Positions 1-10,853 of a DNA stretch of 32,000 nt are shown here, one piece after another (position 1 is the first letter of the stretch; every line of letters begins with the position of its first letter). Under the pieces are notes generated by a model that searched no databases, was not told where the DNA came from, and saw nothing but the letters and a program-made list of their open reading frames with translations. The translations under genes were made by a program, and so were the position numbers. Location: the NCBI RefSeq assembly GCF_000017305.1, contig NC_009664.2, positions 4,020,001 to 4,052,000 on the forward strand, written 5' to 3'. The DNA is from Kineococcus radiotolerans SRS30216 = ATCC BAA-149. Lineage in GTDB: Bacteria; Actinomycetota; Actinomycetes; Actinomycetales; Kineococcaceae.

Positions 1-936
1 TCCCACCCGCAGTGGATCGTCCGCAGCCTGCGCGAGGCCCTGCGCGCCCACGGCCACGAGGCCGCCGAGCTCACCGACCTCCTCGTGGCCGACAACACCC
101 CGGCCCAGGTCGCGGTGGCCGCCCTGCCCGGCCTCTCCGAACCCGCCGACCTGGTGCGGCGGGCGTCCTTCCTGGAGGTCGTCCCCGGCCGCTGGTCCGC
201 CACCGCCGTCCAGCTCGTCCACGGCGACCCCGGCCAGCTCTCGCTGGTCCGCGAGGGCCGCGCGCGCGTCCAGGACGAGGGGTCCCAGATCGTCGCCCAG
301 CTGCTGGCCGCCGCCGCGCTCGAGGGCCGCGACGAGCGCTGGCTGGACCTGTGCGCGGGGCCCGGGGGGAAGGCGGCGCTGCTCGCGGCCACCGCCGCCC
401 AGCGCGGGGCCCGCCTCACCGCCGTCGAGGTGGCCCCGCACCGCGCGGAGCTCGTCCGCTCCGCGCTGGCCGCCGTCCCCGGCGGGGCCGAGGTGCGCGT
501 CGGCGACGGCCGCGAGGTCGGCGCCGACGAGCCCGCCGCCTACGACCGGGTGCTCGTCGACGCCCCCTGCACCGGGCTGGGCGCGCTGCGCCGGCGACCG
601 GAGGCGCGCTGGCGGCGCACCCCCGCCGACCTCGGCGCGCTCGGGCCGCTGCAGCGGGACCTGCTCGCCTCGGCCCTGGACGCCGTGCGCCCCGGCGGGG
701 TCGTCGCCTACGCGACGTGCTCGCCGGTGCTCAGCGAGACCCGCCTCGTCGTCGACGACGCCGTGAAGGCCGCCGCCAAGCGCGGGGTCGTCGTGCAGCG
801 CCTCGACACCCCCGCCGTCCTGGAGCAGGTCGTACCCGGGATGCCCTCGGCCGCCGCGGGCCGGGCCGTGCAGCTGTGGCCGCACACCCACGGGACCGAC
901 GCCATGCACGTGGCGCTGCTGCGCCGGGAGAGCTGA
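1..936 (+). CDS. rsmB: 16S rRNA (cytosine-C5) methyltransferase, RsmB/Sun (NOL1/NOP2/Sun) family; 5'-truncated by the window edge
   Basis: Frame 1 is open from base 1. The translation has the SAM-MTase motifs DLCAGPGGKA, VDAPCTGLG and ATCS. It sits upstream of rpe and the rib genes, as in the actinobacterial fmt-sun-rpe cluster. Confidence 0.85.
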   Translation, partial: SHPQWIVRSLREALRAHGHEAAELTDLLVADNTPAQVAVAALPGLSEPADLVRRASFLEVVPGRWSATAVQLVHGDPGQLSLVREGRARVQDEGSQIVAQLLAAAALEGRDERWLDLCAGPGGKAALLAATAAQRGARLTAVEVAPHRAELVRSALAAVPGGAEVRVGDGREVGADEPAAYDRVLVDAPCTGLGALRRRPEARWRRTPADLGALGPLQRDLLASALDAVRPGGVVAYATCSPVLSETRLVVDDAVKAAAKRGVVVQRLDTPAVLEQVVPGMPSAAAGRAVQLWPHTHGTDAMHVALLRRES

Positions 937-997
937 GCGCGGGACCCCGGCGGGGGCCGCGGTGCCCCCGCCCGGGGCGACGTGAGAGCTTCGGGGC

Positions 998-1774
998 GTG
1001 AACTCCGCCGAGAAGGCCGCACGACTGCGGCAGCTGCACGAAGACCCCGAGCTCCTCGTCCTGGTCAACGTCTGGGACGCGGTGTCCGCCACCGTCGTCG
1101 CGGGCGAACCGCGGACGAGGGCGCTGGCCACCGCCGGGCACTCCATCGCCGCCACCTTCGGCTACGGCGACGGGGAGCAGATCCCCCTCGACCTCGCGCT
1201 GTCCCTCGTCGAGCGCATCGTCGGCGCCGCCGGGGACCTGCCCGTCTCCGCCGACCTCGACGGCGGCTTCGGGAACGCGGGGGAGACCGTTCGCAAGGCC
1301 ATCGGCGTCGGCGTCGTCGGCGCCAACGTCGAGGACCAGCTGCGGCCGCTGGCCGAGTCGGTCGCGAACGTCGAGGCGATCGTCGCCGCGGGGGAGGCCG
1401 AGGGTGTCCCCTTCGTCCTCAACGCCCGCACCGACGCCCTGGTCAGGGGCGGTGACCGCGGCCGCGACGTGTGGCTGCCCGACGCGATCGAGCGCGGCCG
1501 GGCGTACCTCGCCGCCGGGGCCACCAGCGTCTTCGTGCCCGGCCCCCTCGACGAGGACGCCGTGCAGCAGCTCGTCGCCGCGTTCGGCCCGCAGAAGCTC
1601 TCCGTCATCGGCTTCCCCGGCGTCCCCGACCAGGCGCGGCTGGCCGAGCTCGGCGTCGCGCGCATCACCTACGGGCCGCTGACCCAGCGCGTCGCGCTCA
1701 CCGCCCTGCAGGACGCCGCCCGCGGCATCTACGCCGGCGGCGGCATCCCCGAGGGCACCCGGCCGCTGAACTAG
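998..1774 (+). CDS. isocitrate lyase / PEP mutase superfamily protein (methylisocitrate-lyase or PEP-phosphonomutase-like, 258 aa)
   Basis: GTG start. The N-terminus (LRQLH...LVLVNVWDAVSA, GHSIAATFGYGDGE, DLDGGFGN, VGANVEDQ) is typical of the ICL/PEPM TIM-barrel family. High GC3 codon bias. Confidence 0.8.
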   Translation: MNSAEKAARLRQLHEDPELLVLVNVWDAVSATVVAGEPRTRALATAGHSIAATFGYGDGEQIPLDLALSLVERIVGAAGDLPVSADLDGGFGNAGETVRKAIGVGVVGANVEDQLRPLAESVANVEAIVAAGEAEGVPFVLNARTDALVRGGDRGRDVWLPDAIERGRAYLAAGATSVFVPGPLDEDAVQQLVAAFGPQKLSVIGFPGVPDQARLAELGVARITYGPLTQRVALTALQDAARGIYAGGGIPEGTRPLN

Positions 1775-1831
1775 TGATTTCCGCCGCCTCGGGCCGGATC
1801 GGCTAACGGCGCGGCCGGGCGGTGGGCGAGG

Positions 1832-2896
1832 ATGCGGTCCGTGACCTGGATCGAGGACCTCGCCCGCCGCGCCGACGCCGTGCTGCCCGACTACGTGTCG
1901 GCCTACTACCACTCCAACGCCGGCGACGGCTCGTGCGACCGCGAGGGCATCGCCGACTGGAACGCGTTCCGGATGCGGCCCAGCGTGCTGCGCGACGCCT
2001 CGGCCCAGAGCACCGCCACCGAGGTCCTCGGGACGCCGGTGGCCGCACCGGTCCTCGTGGCCCCCATGGCCCAGCAGGTCGGGGCCCGCCCCGAGGGCGA
2101 GGTCCTCACCGCCCGGGGCGCGGCGAAGGCCGGCACCCTGCTCGGGGTCTCCACCAACACCGGGGCGAGGTTCGCCGACATCGCCGCCGAGGGCGCGCCC
2201 TGGTGGTACCAGGTCTACGTCGCCCGGAACCGCGACGCCACGCGCATCCTCGTCGAGCGGGCCGCCGCGGCGGAGGCGAAGGCGCTCATCCTCACCGTCG
2301 ACACCACCCCGCTGGGGCGCGAGGTCCCCGCCATCGACCCCCGCAACTGGCCCGCGGGCCCGCGCAAGAACCGCACCGCCAACCTCACCGAGGCCGAGCT
2401 GGACCGCTTCGGGTCCGACACCGACATGGCCCTCGACCTCACCCCCGACACCATCGGCTGGCTGGCCGACGTCTCCGGGCTGCCCGTGCTCTGCAAGGGC
2501 GTGCTGACCGCCCGTGACGCCCGCCGCTGCGTCGACGCCGGCGCCGAGGGGATCATCGTCTCCACCCACGGCGGCCGCCGCCTGGGCACCTCGGTGACCT
2601 CCGCCTTCGCGCTGCCGGAGATCCTCGCCGAGGTCGGCTCCGAGGTCGAGGTCCACGTCGACTCCGGCATCCGCGGCGGCGCGCAGGCCGCCGCCGCGAT
2701 CGCCCTGGGCGCGAAGGCCGTGCACGTCGGGCGCCCCGTCATGTGGGGGCTGGCCGCCGACGGCGCCGACGGGGTCGCGACCGTCCTGGGGAACTACCAG
2801 GCCGAGCTGGTGACCACGTTGCGGCAGCTGGGGATCGGCTCGATCCGCGACCTGGGCCCCGCCGACGTCGTCGCCCGCGGCGCGGCTAGGGTCTGA
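1832..2896 (+). CDS. FMN-dependent alpha-hydroxy-acid dehydrogenase/oxidase (glycolate oxidase / L-lactate dehydrogenase LldD-like, 354 aa)
   Basis: ATG start. Motifs seen: [49 protein letters not shown]. Its stop lies 2 nt before the rpe start. Confidence 0.85.
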   Translation: MRSVTWIEDLARRADAVLPDYVSAYYHSNAGDGSCDREGIADWNAFRMRPSVLRDASAQSTATEVLGTPVAAPVLVAPMAQQVGARPEGEVLTARGAAKAGTLLGVSTNTGARFADIAAEGAPWWYQVYVARNRDATRILVERAAAAEAKALILTVDTTPLGREVPAIDPRNWPAGPRKNRTANLTEAELDRFGSDTDMALDLTPDTIGWLADVSGLPVLCKGVLTARDARRCVDAGAEGIIVSTHGGRRLGTSVTSAFALPEILAEVGSEVEVHVDSGIRGGAQAAAAIALGAKAVHVGRPVMWGLAADGADGVATVLGNYQAELVTTLRQLGIGSIRDLGPADVVARGAARV

Positions 2897-2898
2897 CC

Positions 2899-3564
2899 GT
2901 GTCCCGCTCCGTCCAGGTCAACCCCAGCATCCTCTCCGCGGACTTCGCCAACCTCGAGGCGGAGCTGCGGCGGATCTCCACCGCCGACGCCGCGCACGTC
3001 GACGTCATGGACGGGCACTTCGTCCCGAACCTGACCCTCGGCCTGCCGATCGTCGAGGCGCTGCAGCGGGTCTCGCCGATCCCGCTGGACTGCCACCTCA
3101 TGATCGAGGCGCCGGACCGCTGGGCCCCCGCCTACGCCGAGGCCGGCGCGGCGGGCGTCACCTTCCACGCCGAGGCCGCGATGGCCCCGGTGAAGCTGGC
3201 CCGCGAGATCCGGGCCGCGGGGGGGCGCGCGGGGATCGCGCTGCGCCCGGCGACGCCGCTGGAACCGTTCGTGGACCTGCTCGCCGAGTTCGACATGCTC
3301 CTGGTGATGACCGTCGAGCCCGGTTTCGGCGGCCAGAGCTTCCTCGACGTGACCCTGCCCAAGATCGCCCGCGCCCGCGCCGCGATCGGCGACCTCGACG
3401 TGCGCCTGCAGGTCGACGGCGGGGTCTCCGCGAGCACCATCGAGCGGGCCGCCGAGGCCGGCGCGGACGTCTTCGTCGCCGGGTCGGCCGTCTACGGGGC
3501 CGAGGACGCCGCCGCGGCGATCGGCACCCTCCGCGAGCTCGCCGCCGGGGCCTGCCGGCACTGA
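2899..3564 (+). CDS. rpe: ribulose-phosphate 3-epimerase
   Basis: 221 aa. Motifs: [41 protein letters not shown]. Confidence 0.95.
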   Translation: MSRSVQVNPSILSADFANLEAELRRISTADAAHVDVMDGHFVPNLTLGLPIVEALQRVSPIPLDCHLMIEAPDRWAPAYAEAGAAGVTFHAEAAMAPVKLAREIRAAGGRAGIALRPATPLEPFVDLLAEFDMLLVMTVEPGFGGQSFLDVTLPKIARARAAIGDLDVRLQVDGGVSASTIERAAEAGADVFVAGSAVYGAEDAAAAIGTLRELAAGACRH

Positions 3565-3635
3565 ACGCCCGGCGCGGCGGCGGGTGCCCCGCGTGGCACA
3601 CTGGCGCGAGCAAGACCAACAGCTAGACCGCACGA

Positions 3636-3764
3636 CACGCGTGCTCCGGGGTCGGTGCAATTCCGAACCGGCGGTGACAGTCCGCGAGCCCCCGCTTCGG
3701 CGGGTGGTTGATCCGGTGGAACTCCGGGACCGACGGTGAGAGTCCGGATGGGAGGCAGCGCGCG
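3636..3764 (+). promoter_or_regulatory. FMN riboswitch (RFN element) aptamer
   Basis: Conserved RFN core read directly: ...CUCCGGGGUCGGUGCAAUUCCGAACCGGCGGUGACAGUCCGCGAGCC...GGUUGAUCCGGUGGAACUCCGGGACCGACGGUGAGAGUCCGGAUGGGAGG.... The P1 helix pairs gcgtgctcc with ggaggcagcgc. It lies upstream of ribE. Confidence 0.9.
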
Positions 3765-3949
3765 GTGTCGTCGGTGCGAGCCGTCGTCGCCGCCCTCCGG
3801 CGCGCGCCCCGGCCCTCCCGACGGCACCCGGGTCGGCGGTCCGCTGCGGTGCACCCTGCCCGGGTCCCGCCGGCGGCCGCCGGTGCCTCCCCGCGTCGAA
3901 CCCCGGAGTCCGCCGACGGACGTCCGCACCAGTTCGAGGAGGCCCTCCG

Positions 3950-4575
3950 GTGTTCACCGGGATCGTTGAGGAGATCGGCGAGGTCGTCGCCGTGGAGTTC
4001 GGCGCGGAGTCGGCGCGGCTGACCGTGCGCGGCCCGCTCGTCGTCTCCGACGCCGTGCACGGCGCGTCCATCGCCGTGGGCGGTGTCTGCCTGACCGTCG
4101 TGGACCAGCCCGGACCCGGGACCTTCACCGTGGACGTCATGCAGGAGTCGTTGCGCCGCAGCTCCCTGCGCGACGTCGCCCCCGGACGCCGGGTCAACCT
4201 GGAACGGGCCCTGGCCGCCCACGGCCGCCTCGGCGGGCACATCGTGCAGGGCCACGTCGACGGCACCGGGACGATCACCGCCCGCACCCCCGGCGACGCC
4301 TGGGAGGTCGTGCGGATCGCCGTCCCGGCCGACCTGGCCCGCTACGTCGTGGAGAAGGGCTCCATCACCGTCGACGGCACCTCGCTCACCGTCTCCGCGG
4401 TCAGCGCCGTCGAGGAGGACGAGCCGTGGCTGGAGGTGTCCCTCATCCCCACCACCCTCGACCTCACCACGCTGGGGAGCGCCCCGGTGGGCACCACGGT
4501 CAACCTCGAGGTCGACGTGCTGGCCAAGTACGTGGAACGGCTCAACGCGTTCGGCCGCGCGGGCGGGGCGTCGGC

Positions 4576-4579
<4 letters not shown>
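3950..4579 (+). CDS. ribE: riboflavin synthase (alpha chain)
   Basis: GTG start preceded by GAGGAGG. MFTGIVEEIG N-terminus, duplicated lumazine-binding repeats, 209 aa. Confidence 0.95.
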
Positions 4580-5717
<1,138 letters not shown>

Positions 5718-5729
5718 CGGCCCGCCCCG

Positions 5730-5765
5730 CACCCGTCCCGCCGGGGAACCCCGGTGGGACGGGTG
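5730..5765 (+). terminator. stem-loop after ribH (17-bp stem with one G-U pair, AA loop)
   Basis: cacccgtcccgccgggg-aa-ccccggtgggacgggtg, read directly. There is no U-tract, which is common in high-GC actinobacteria. Confidence 0.5.
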
Positions 5766-5814
5766 CCGGGGTGGTGGTCGGGGCGAGGGGGCGCAGCGCC
5801 TAGACTCCCGACAC

Positions 5815-6078
5815 GTGAAGACCTTCGACGCCCTGTTCGCGGAACTGAGCGACAAGGCGCTGACCCGGCCCCACGGGTCCGGGACGGTGCAGGAACTGGA
5901 CGCCGGGGTCCACGCCATCGGCAAGAAGGTCGTCGAGGAGGCGGCCGAGGTCTGGATGGCGGCGGAGCACGAGTCCGGGGAACGGACCGCCGAGGAGATC
6001 TCGCAGCTGCTGTACCACCTGCAGGTGCTGATGATCGCCCGCGGACTGACCCTCGACGACGTGTACGCCCACCTCTAG
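5815..6078 (+). CDS. hisE: phosphoribosyl-ATP pyrophosphatase
   Basis: 87 aa. FDALFAELS..., [11 protein letters not shown] and LLYHLQVLM are typical of HisE. Confidence 0.95.
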   Translation: MKTFDALFAELSDKALTRPHGSGTVQELDAGVHAIGKKVVEEAAEVWMAAEHESGERTAEEISQLLYHLQVLMIARGLTLDDVYAHL

Positions 6079-6086
6079 GAGATCCC

Positions 6087-6944
6087 TTGCCCGCGAGCCA
6101 GCTCCGCATCGCTGTCCCCAACAAGGGGGCCCTGTCCGAGGCCGCCAGCGCCATGCTGCGCGAGGCCGGGTACAACCAGCGCCGCGACGCGAAGGAACTC
6201 ATCCTCGACGACCCGGACAACTCCGCGCAGTTCGTCTTCCTGCGCCCGCGCGACATCGCCCTCTACGTCGGGTCGGGGACCCTCGACGTCGGCATCACCG
6301 GCCGCGACCTGCTGCTGGACTCCCGCGCCCCGGCCGACGAGATCCTGCCGCTGGGCTTCGCCCGCAGCACCTTCCGCTTCGCCGGCCGCCCCGGGGTCGC
6401 CTCCTCCGTCGCCGACCTGCAGGGCCGGCGGATCGCCACCAGCTACTCCGGCCTGCTGGGCAAGCACCTCGCCGAGCACGGCGTGACCGCCGACGTCGTC
6501 CACCTCGACGGGGCCGTGGAGACCGCCGTCGCCCTGGGCATCGCCGACGTGATCGCCGACGTCGTCGAGACCGGGACGACGCTGCGCGCGGCCGGCCTGG
6601 AGGTCTTCGGCGAGGCGATCATGCGCTCGGAGGCGACGCTCGTGCGCCGCGCGGGAGCACCCGCGGACCCGGCCGTGGACGTCCTCGTCCGCCGCCTGCA
6701 GGGCGTCCTCGTCGCCCGCCAGTACGTGATGGTCGACTACGACTGCCCCAGGGACATCGTCGAGCGGGCCTGCGCGGTCGCCCCCGGGCTGGAGTCGCCC
6801 ACGGTCTCGCCCACCGCCAACCCCGACTGGGTCGCGGTGCGGGTCATGGTGCGCAAGGCCGCGACCAACCAGGTCATGGACGAGCTCTACGACCTCGGCG
6901 CGCGCGCCATCCTCGTCACCAGCATCCACGCCTGCCGGTTGTGA
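6087..6944 (+). CDS. hisG: ATP phosphoribosyltransferase (long form)
   Basis: TTG start 5 nt after AGGAG. The N-terminus LRIAVPNKGALSE matches the conserved HisG start. There is no ATG/GTG between the hisE stop and the conserved region. The upstream part of the track ORF (5754-6086) overlaps hisE and is Arg/Gly-rich noise. Confidence 0.9.
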   Translation: MPASQLRIAVPNKGALSEAASAMLREAGYNQRRDAKELILDDPDNSAQFVFLRPRDIALYVGSGTLDVGITGRDLLLDSRAPADEILPLGFARSTFRFAGRPGVASSVADLQGRRIATSYSGLLGKHLAEHGVTADVVHLDGAVETAVALGIADVIADVVETGTTLRAAGLEVFGEAIMRSEATLVRRAGAPADPAVDVLVRRLQGVLVARQYVMVDYDCPRDIVERACAVAPGLESPTVSPTANPDWVAVRVMVRKAATNQVMDELYDLGARAILVTSIHACRL

Positions 6945-7429
6945 GCGGCGCGACGCCCCGCGCAGGCGGGGGGACGGCCGCGCCGCGGGTGTTCCGGCCC
7001 CGCCGGGCCCGCGTCGTCGGCCTCGCCTTCGCCGTCGGCATCGTCGTCGTCTGGGTCGGCATGGCGATCGGGCTGTCCCTGGCCCCGGACTCCGGCTGGG
7101 GCGCGCAGGACACCGTGAGCGCCGCGGTCTTCGCCGCGCTGCTGGCCGGGGTCCTCGTGCGGCTGGTCAGCGTGCGGGCCCGGGCGGACGCGGAGGGCCT
7201 GGAGGTCCGCAACGTCGTCTTCACCCGGCGCGTGGACTGGGGCGCGATCGTCGCCGTCCGCTTCGGCGGGGCCGACCCGTGGCTGACCCTCGACCTCGAC
7301 GACGGCGAGAACCTCGCCGTGATGGCCGTCCAGCGCGCCGACGGGGAGTTCGCCCGCGCCGAGGCGCTGCGGCTGGCGCGGCTGGTCGAGGCGCACGCCC
7401 CCCGGCCGCCGCAGGACACCCGCGACTAG
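6941..7429 (+). CDS. PH-domain-containing membrane protein (bacterial PH / bPH_6-like), conserved neighbour of hisG
   Basis: The GTG start overlaps the hisG stop (GTGA). Two predicted TM helices are followed by GLEVRNVVFTRRVDWGAI...LDLDDGE, which looks like a bacterial PH domain. Confidence 0.7.
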   Translation: MSGATPRAGGGTAAPRVFRPRRARVVGLAFAVGIVVVWVGMAIGLSLAPDSGWGAQDTVSAAVFAALLAGVLVRLVSVRARADAEGLEVRNVVFTRRVDWGAIVAVRFGGADPWLTLDLDDGENLAVMAVQRADGEFARAEALRLARLVEAHAPRPPQDTRD

Positions 7430-8001
7430 CGCCAGAGCGGCTCCCCGCCCACGGCGGTGGCGCTGCTGAGGACCACGTCGGGGCGGAAGCGCTCGCGCGA
7501 GAACAGCTCCGCCTCCTGGGCGGCCCACGCGTCCCAGTGCGGGGTGAAGGTCTCCCCGTCGCGGGCCAGCGCCCGCGCCCGCCGCAGCTCCGCGTCGGCC
7601 TCCAGCCGCACGAGCAGGTCCACCGGGCGCGCGCACCCCGCACCCACGCCCTCCACGACGACCGTCCCCGACGTCGGCAGCGCCACCTCGCGCACGTAGG
7701 CGCCCCGGGCCCAGTCCCACACCGGGTGCGACGTAGGGGCTCCCGAGCGCAGCCCGTCGAGGACCTCCCCGAGCAGCTCGACGGCGGCGGCCAGCCCCGA
7801 CCAGCCGGGGTACAGGTCGTCCAGGTGGACGACCGCGGCCCCGGTCCGCCGGGCCAGGGCCGCGGCGAGGTCGGTCTTGCCCGTCCCGGAGCGGCCGTCG
7901 ACGGCGACGACGCGCGGCCCGGCCCCCGGCGCCGCGACGGCGGCCAGCCGCGCGGCGAGCCCGTCGACGACGTCGGCGGTGGAGCGGCCGGTCAGAACCA
8001 C
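7426..8001 (-). CDS. P-loop NTPase (uridine-kinase/AAA-like ATP-binding protein), function unknown
   Basis: Walker A GRSGTGKT followed by [11 protein letters not shown]. The start is uncertain; GTG at 8001 is chosen and overlaps the upstream gene's end by 10 nt. High GC3. Confidence 0.65.
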   Translation of the reverse strand: MVLTGRSTADVVDGLAARLAAVAAPGAGPRVVAVDGRSGTGKTDLAAALARRTGAAVVHLDDLYPGWSGLAAAVELLGEVLDGLRSGAPTSHPVWDWARGAYVREVALPTSGTVVVEGVGAGCARPVDLLVRLEADAELRRARALARDGETFTPHWDAWAAQEAELFSRERFRPDVVLSSATAVGGEPLWR

Positions 8002-9251
8002 GTCGGGCACCACGGCGCCTCGGGCGTGGCGAACAGCCGTTGCAGCGCGTGCGCGTCGGCGGGGGAGCACCGCAGCCGGCCCGCGCGGTGCAGCGCCATC
8101 GCGGACGTCCCGCCCAGCAGCAGCGACGCCAGCTCGCCCACCCCCAGCACGACGTCGGGGGCGGCGCCGGTGGTGCTCACCTCGGGCGACAGCCACCCCT
8201 CGCCGTCGCCCCGCTCACCCGGGGCGACGTGCAGGCGGACGGTGGCACCAGCCAGCCCGAGGGGGTCGACCACCTCCAGCACCAGCGTCCCCGCGCCCAG
8301 GTAGCGACGGGCGCTCAGGGCGCCGACGACGTCGAGGACGCGCAGCCACAGGAAGTCGTCGACCGGGCCGGTCTGCACGGCCCGGGGGTCCACGAGCAGG
8401 TGGGGCAGCAGCTCGTCCACCGGGCGGTCCGCGGCCCGGGTGCTGCGCACCAGGTCGATCGACGTCACGAACTCCCACAGCGCCCGGTAGGCCGCGGGGG
8501 TCGTCGCGCTCAGGTCGGCCACGGTCGCCGTCCCGCCCGCCACCCGGCCGGTGGAGGTGTCGGCGAGGTCGTAGGCGACGTAGCCGTCGGGGACCCCGGC
8601 CTCGTCGCGGTGCAGGACGACGTGTCCGCGCGTCCCCAGCCAGCGTCCCTCGCCGCGCCGCCCGGCCGCCGCCCACCAGGCCGCGTCGCGGGGGAACCCC
8701 CCGGGCCGGGCGCGCCGGGCGCGGTCGTGGACCCGGGCGAGGTCCTCGGTGCGCCCGGCGGGGACGAACTCCAGGCTCCCCGGCGCCGACGGCGCGTCGG
8801 GGCGGAAGCGGACGTGGGTGTGGTCGACGACCAGGCTCGTGGAGCGCGTCGCGGTCCCGAAGCCGAACCGGCCGTAGATGGGCGCCTCGGCGGCGATGAG
8901 GGCGGCGAGCGCCAGGCCCCCGTCGCGGGCCCGCTCCAGGTCGGCGGTGAGCATCCGCGAGAGCAGCCCGCGCCGGCGGTGGGTCGGCAGGACGGTCGCG
9001 GTCGAGACGGCGTCGACGACCACCGGCTCGGCCCCCGGCACCGCCACCTCGGCGTCGAAGGTCCGCAGCGTGGCCACCACGCGCTCCTCGCCGCCGACGA
9101 CGTCGCGCACGGCGGTGAGGCGGTGGTCGGCGACCTCGGCGAGCCGCTCGTCGAGGGCCTCCTCGGTGGGGGCCGGCTGCAGGAAGGCGGCGCGGCTGGC
9201 GGTGGCCCAGTCCCGCAGGGCCACCCGGTCGCGCGGGTCGATCGAGGTCAT
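7992..9251 (-). CDS. Eis-like GNAT acetyltransferase (GNAT plus second GNAT-like plus SCP2-like C-terminal domain architecture, 419 aa)
   Basis: ATG at 9251 (MTSIDPRD...). [12 protein letters not shown] is an acetyl-CoA-binding-type motif, and the length and C-terminal region are typical of the enhanced-intracellular-survival family. Only the C-terminal 419 codons of the 1068-aa track ORF are used. Confidence 0.8.
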   Translation of the reverse strand: MTSIDPRDRVALRDWATASRAAFLQPAPTEEALDERLAEVADHRLTAVRDVVGGEERVVATLRTFDAEVAVPGAEPVVVDAVSTATVLPTHRRRGLLSRMLTADLERARDGGLALAALIAAEAPIYGRFGFGTATRSTSLVVDHTHVRFRPDAPSAPGSLEFVPAGRTEDLARVHDRARRARPGGFPRDAAWWAAAGRRGEGRWLGTRGHVVLHRDEAGVPDGYVAYDLADTSTGRVAGGTATVADLSATTPAAYRALWEFVTSIDLVRSTRAADRPVDELLPHLLVDPRAVQTGPVDDFLWLRVLDVVGALSARRYLGAGTLVLEVVDPLGLAGATVRLHVAPGERGDGEGWLSPEVSTTGAAPDVVLGVGELASLLLGGTSAMALHRAGRLRCSPADAHALQRLFATPEAPWCPTWF

Positions 9252-9332
9252 CGGCAGGGCAGCGTCCACCCGGGCGACGCTACCGGCCCGCACCGGACCG
9301 GACGGGTGCGGGAGCGGTCTACCCTTCCCTCC

Positions 9333-10106
9333 GTGAGCGTCGCCGTCCGTGTCATCCCCTGCCTCGACGTCGACGCCGGCCGCGTCGTCAAGGGCGTCAA
9401 CTTCGCCGACCTGCGCGACGCGGGCGACCCCGTCGAACTGGCCCGCCGCTACGACGCGGAGGGCGCCGACGAGCTCACCTTCCTCGACGTCACCGCCTCC
9501 TCCGGCTCGCGCGAGACGACCTACGACGTGGTGCGCCGCACCGCGGAGCAGGTCTTCATCCCCCTCACCGTGGGGGGCGGGGTCCGCAGCGTCGCCGACG
9601 TGGAGAAGCTGCTGCGCGCCGGGGCGGACAAGGTCGGGGTCAACACCGCCGCCATCGCCCGCCCCGAGCTCATCGGCGAGATCGCCCACCGCTTCGGCGC
9701 CCAGGTCCTGGTGCTGTCCGTCGACGCCCGGCGGACCCTGCCCGGGGAACCCACCACCGCGTCGGGCTTCGAGGTGACCACCCACGGGGGCCGGCGGGGG
9801 ACGGGGCTGGACGCCGTCGAGTGGGCCGCGCGCGCCGCGGAGCTGGGGGCGGGGGAGATCCTGCTCAACTCGATGGACGCCGACGGCACGAAGGCCGGGT
9901 TCGACCTGGAGATGCTGACCGAGGTCCGTGCCCGCGTCACCGTCCCCCTGGTCGCCAGCGGCGGCGCGGGCGCCGTGGGGCACTTCCCGCCCGCCGTGGC
10001 GGCCGGCGCCGACGCGGTGCTGGCCGCGAGCGTCTTCCACTTCGGGCAGCTCACCGTCGGCGAGGTCAAGGACGCGCTGCGCGCCGCCGGGTCGGCCGTC
10101 CGCTAG
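9333..10106 (+). CDS. hisF: imidazole glycerol phosphate synthase, cyclase subunit
   Basis: GTG start. Motifs: [51 protein letters not shown]. Confidence 0.95.
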   Translation: MSVAVRVIPCLDVDAGRVVKGVNFADLRDAGDPVELARRYDAEGADELTFLDVTASSGSRETTYDVVRRTAEQVFIPLTVGGGVRSVADVEKLLRAGADKVGVNTAAIARPELIGEIAHRFGAQVLVLSVDARRTLPGEPTTASGFEVTTHGGRRGTGLDAVEWAARAAELGAGEILLNSMDADGTKAGFDLEMLTEVRARVTVPLVASGGAGAVGHFPPAVAAGADAVLAASVFHFGQLTVGEVKDALRAAGSAVR

Positions 10107-10138
10107 CCGGGCGCTACGCCGGGGTACCCCGAGGAGCG

Positions 10139-10801
10139 CTACGCCGGGGGCTGCTCGGGGAAGGCCTCGCGGAAGCGCTGCACCACGGCCGGGGCGCCGT
10201 CCACCCGCACCCGCGCGCGGCTGCGGCGGCCGAAGGCGTGCAGCAGCAGCTCCGCGGGGTCCCCGGTCAGCGACACCGCGTCGGGGGCCGAGCGCACCAC
10301 CGCGCGCGGACCGCCCGGGGTGACCAGCACGACCCCGACCCCGGCGCGGCGGTAGGCGACGCGGCCCAGCACCCGCACCGTCCGCCACAGCGACGCCGCT
10401 TGGCCCGGGGGCAGCTCGCGGGGGGCCCACCCCTCCTGGGCGCGCAGGACGTCCTCGTGGTGGACGAAGAACTCCGCGGAGTTGACCAGGGCGTCCAGCG
10501 CCGGCAGCCGCAGCGGGCCGCGGGGACCGCTGCGCACGCGCTGGACGAGGTCCTCGAACGGCTGCGCCGCCAGCTCGGCCCAGACCCGGTCCCGGTGGGG
10601 CCGCAGCGGGGGGACGGTCTCGCCGAGGACCACGTCGGGGCGGTTGTCGCGCACCGCCAGGTGCACCAGCAGGTCGCGCACGTCCCAGCCCGCGCACAGC
10701 GTGGGGGCGTCCGGTCCGACCCGGGAGGCGGTGTCGCACAACGCGTCGCGTTCGCGCCGCGCGTCGTCGCGGTGGCCGGGTGCGGCCGGGGGCGTCGTCA
10801 T
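10139..10801 (-). CDS. DinB/MDMPI-like protein (mycothiol-dependent maleylpyruvate-isomerase N-terminal domain family, TIGR03085-like)
   Basis: 220 aa. The [13 protein letters not shown] motif and overall layout fit the family. This family commonly sits beside hisF/hisI in actinobacteria. Confidence 0.7.
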   Translation of the reverse strand: MTTPPAAPGHRDDARRERDALCDTASRVGPDAPTLCAGWDVRDLLVHLAVRDNRPDVVLGETVPPLRPHRDRVWAELAAQPFEDLVQRVRSGPRGPLRLPALDALVNSAEFFVHHEDVLRAQEGWAPRELPPGQAASLWRTVRVLGRVAYRRAGVGVVLVTPGGPRAVVRSAPDAVSLTGDPAELLLHAFGRRSRARVRVDGAPAVVQRFREAFPEQPPA

Positions 10802-10853
10802 GGCCGCATCGTGCCACCCGCGGCGGGCGGCGCCGCGCGGGGGCGGTGAGACC

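Noticed and set aside
12-2725. Alternative-frame and antisense ORFs over rsmB, the ICL-family gene and the oxidase (12..1001 plus strand, 731..2725 minus strand, and others)
   Set aside because: Their translations are poly-Arg/Pro/Gly and they overlap genes with clear catalytic motifs. These are GC-driven artefacts.
3708-4022. Small ORFs (104 aa and 77 aa) in the riboswitch-to-ribE linker
   Set aside because: They start inside the FMN aptamer, are Arg/Pro/Ser-rich with no coding-bias advantage, and run into ribE out of frame. They are better explained as untranslated leader.
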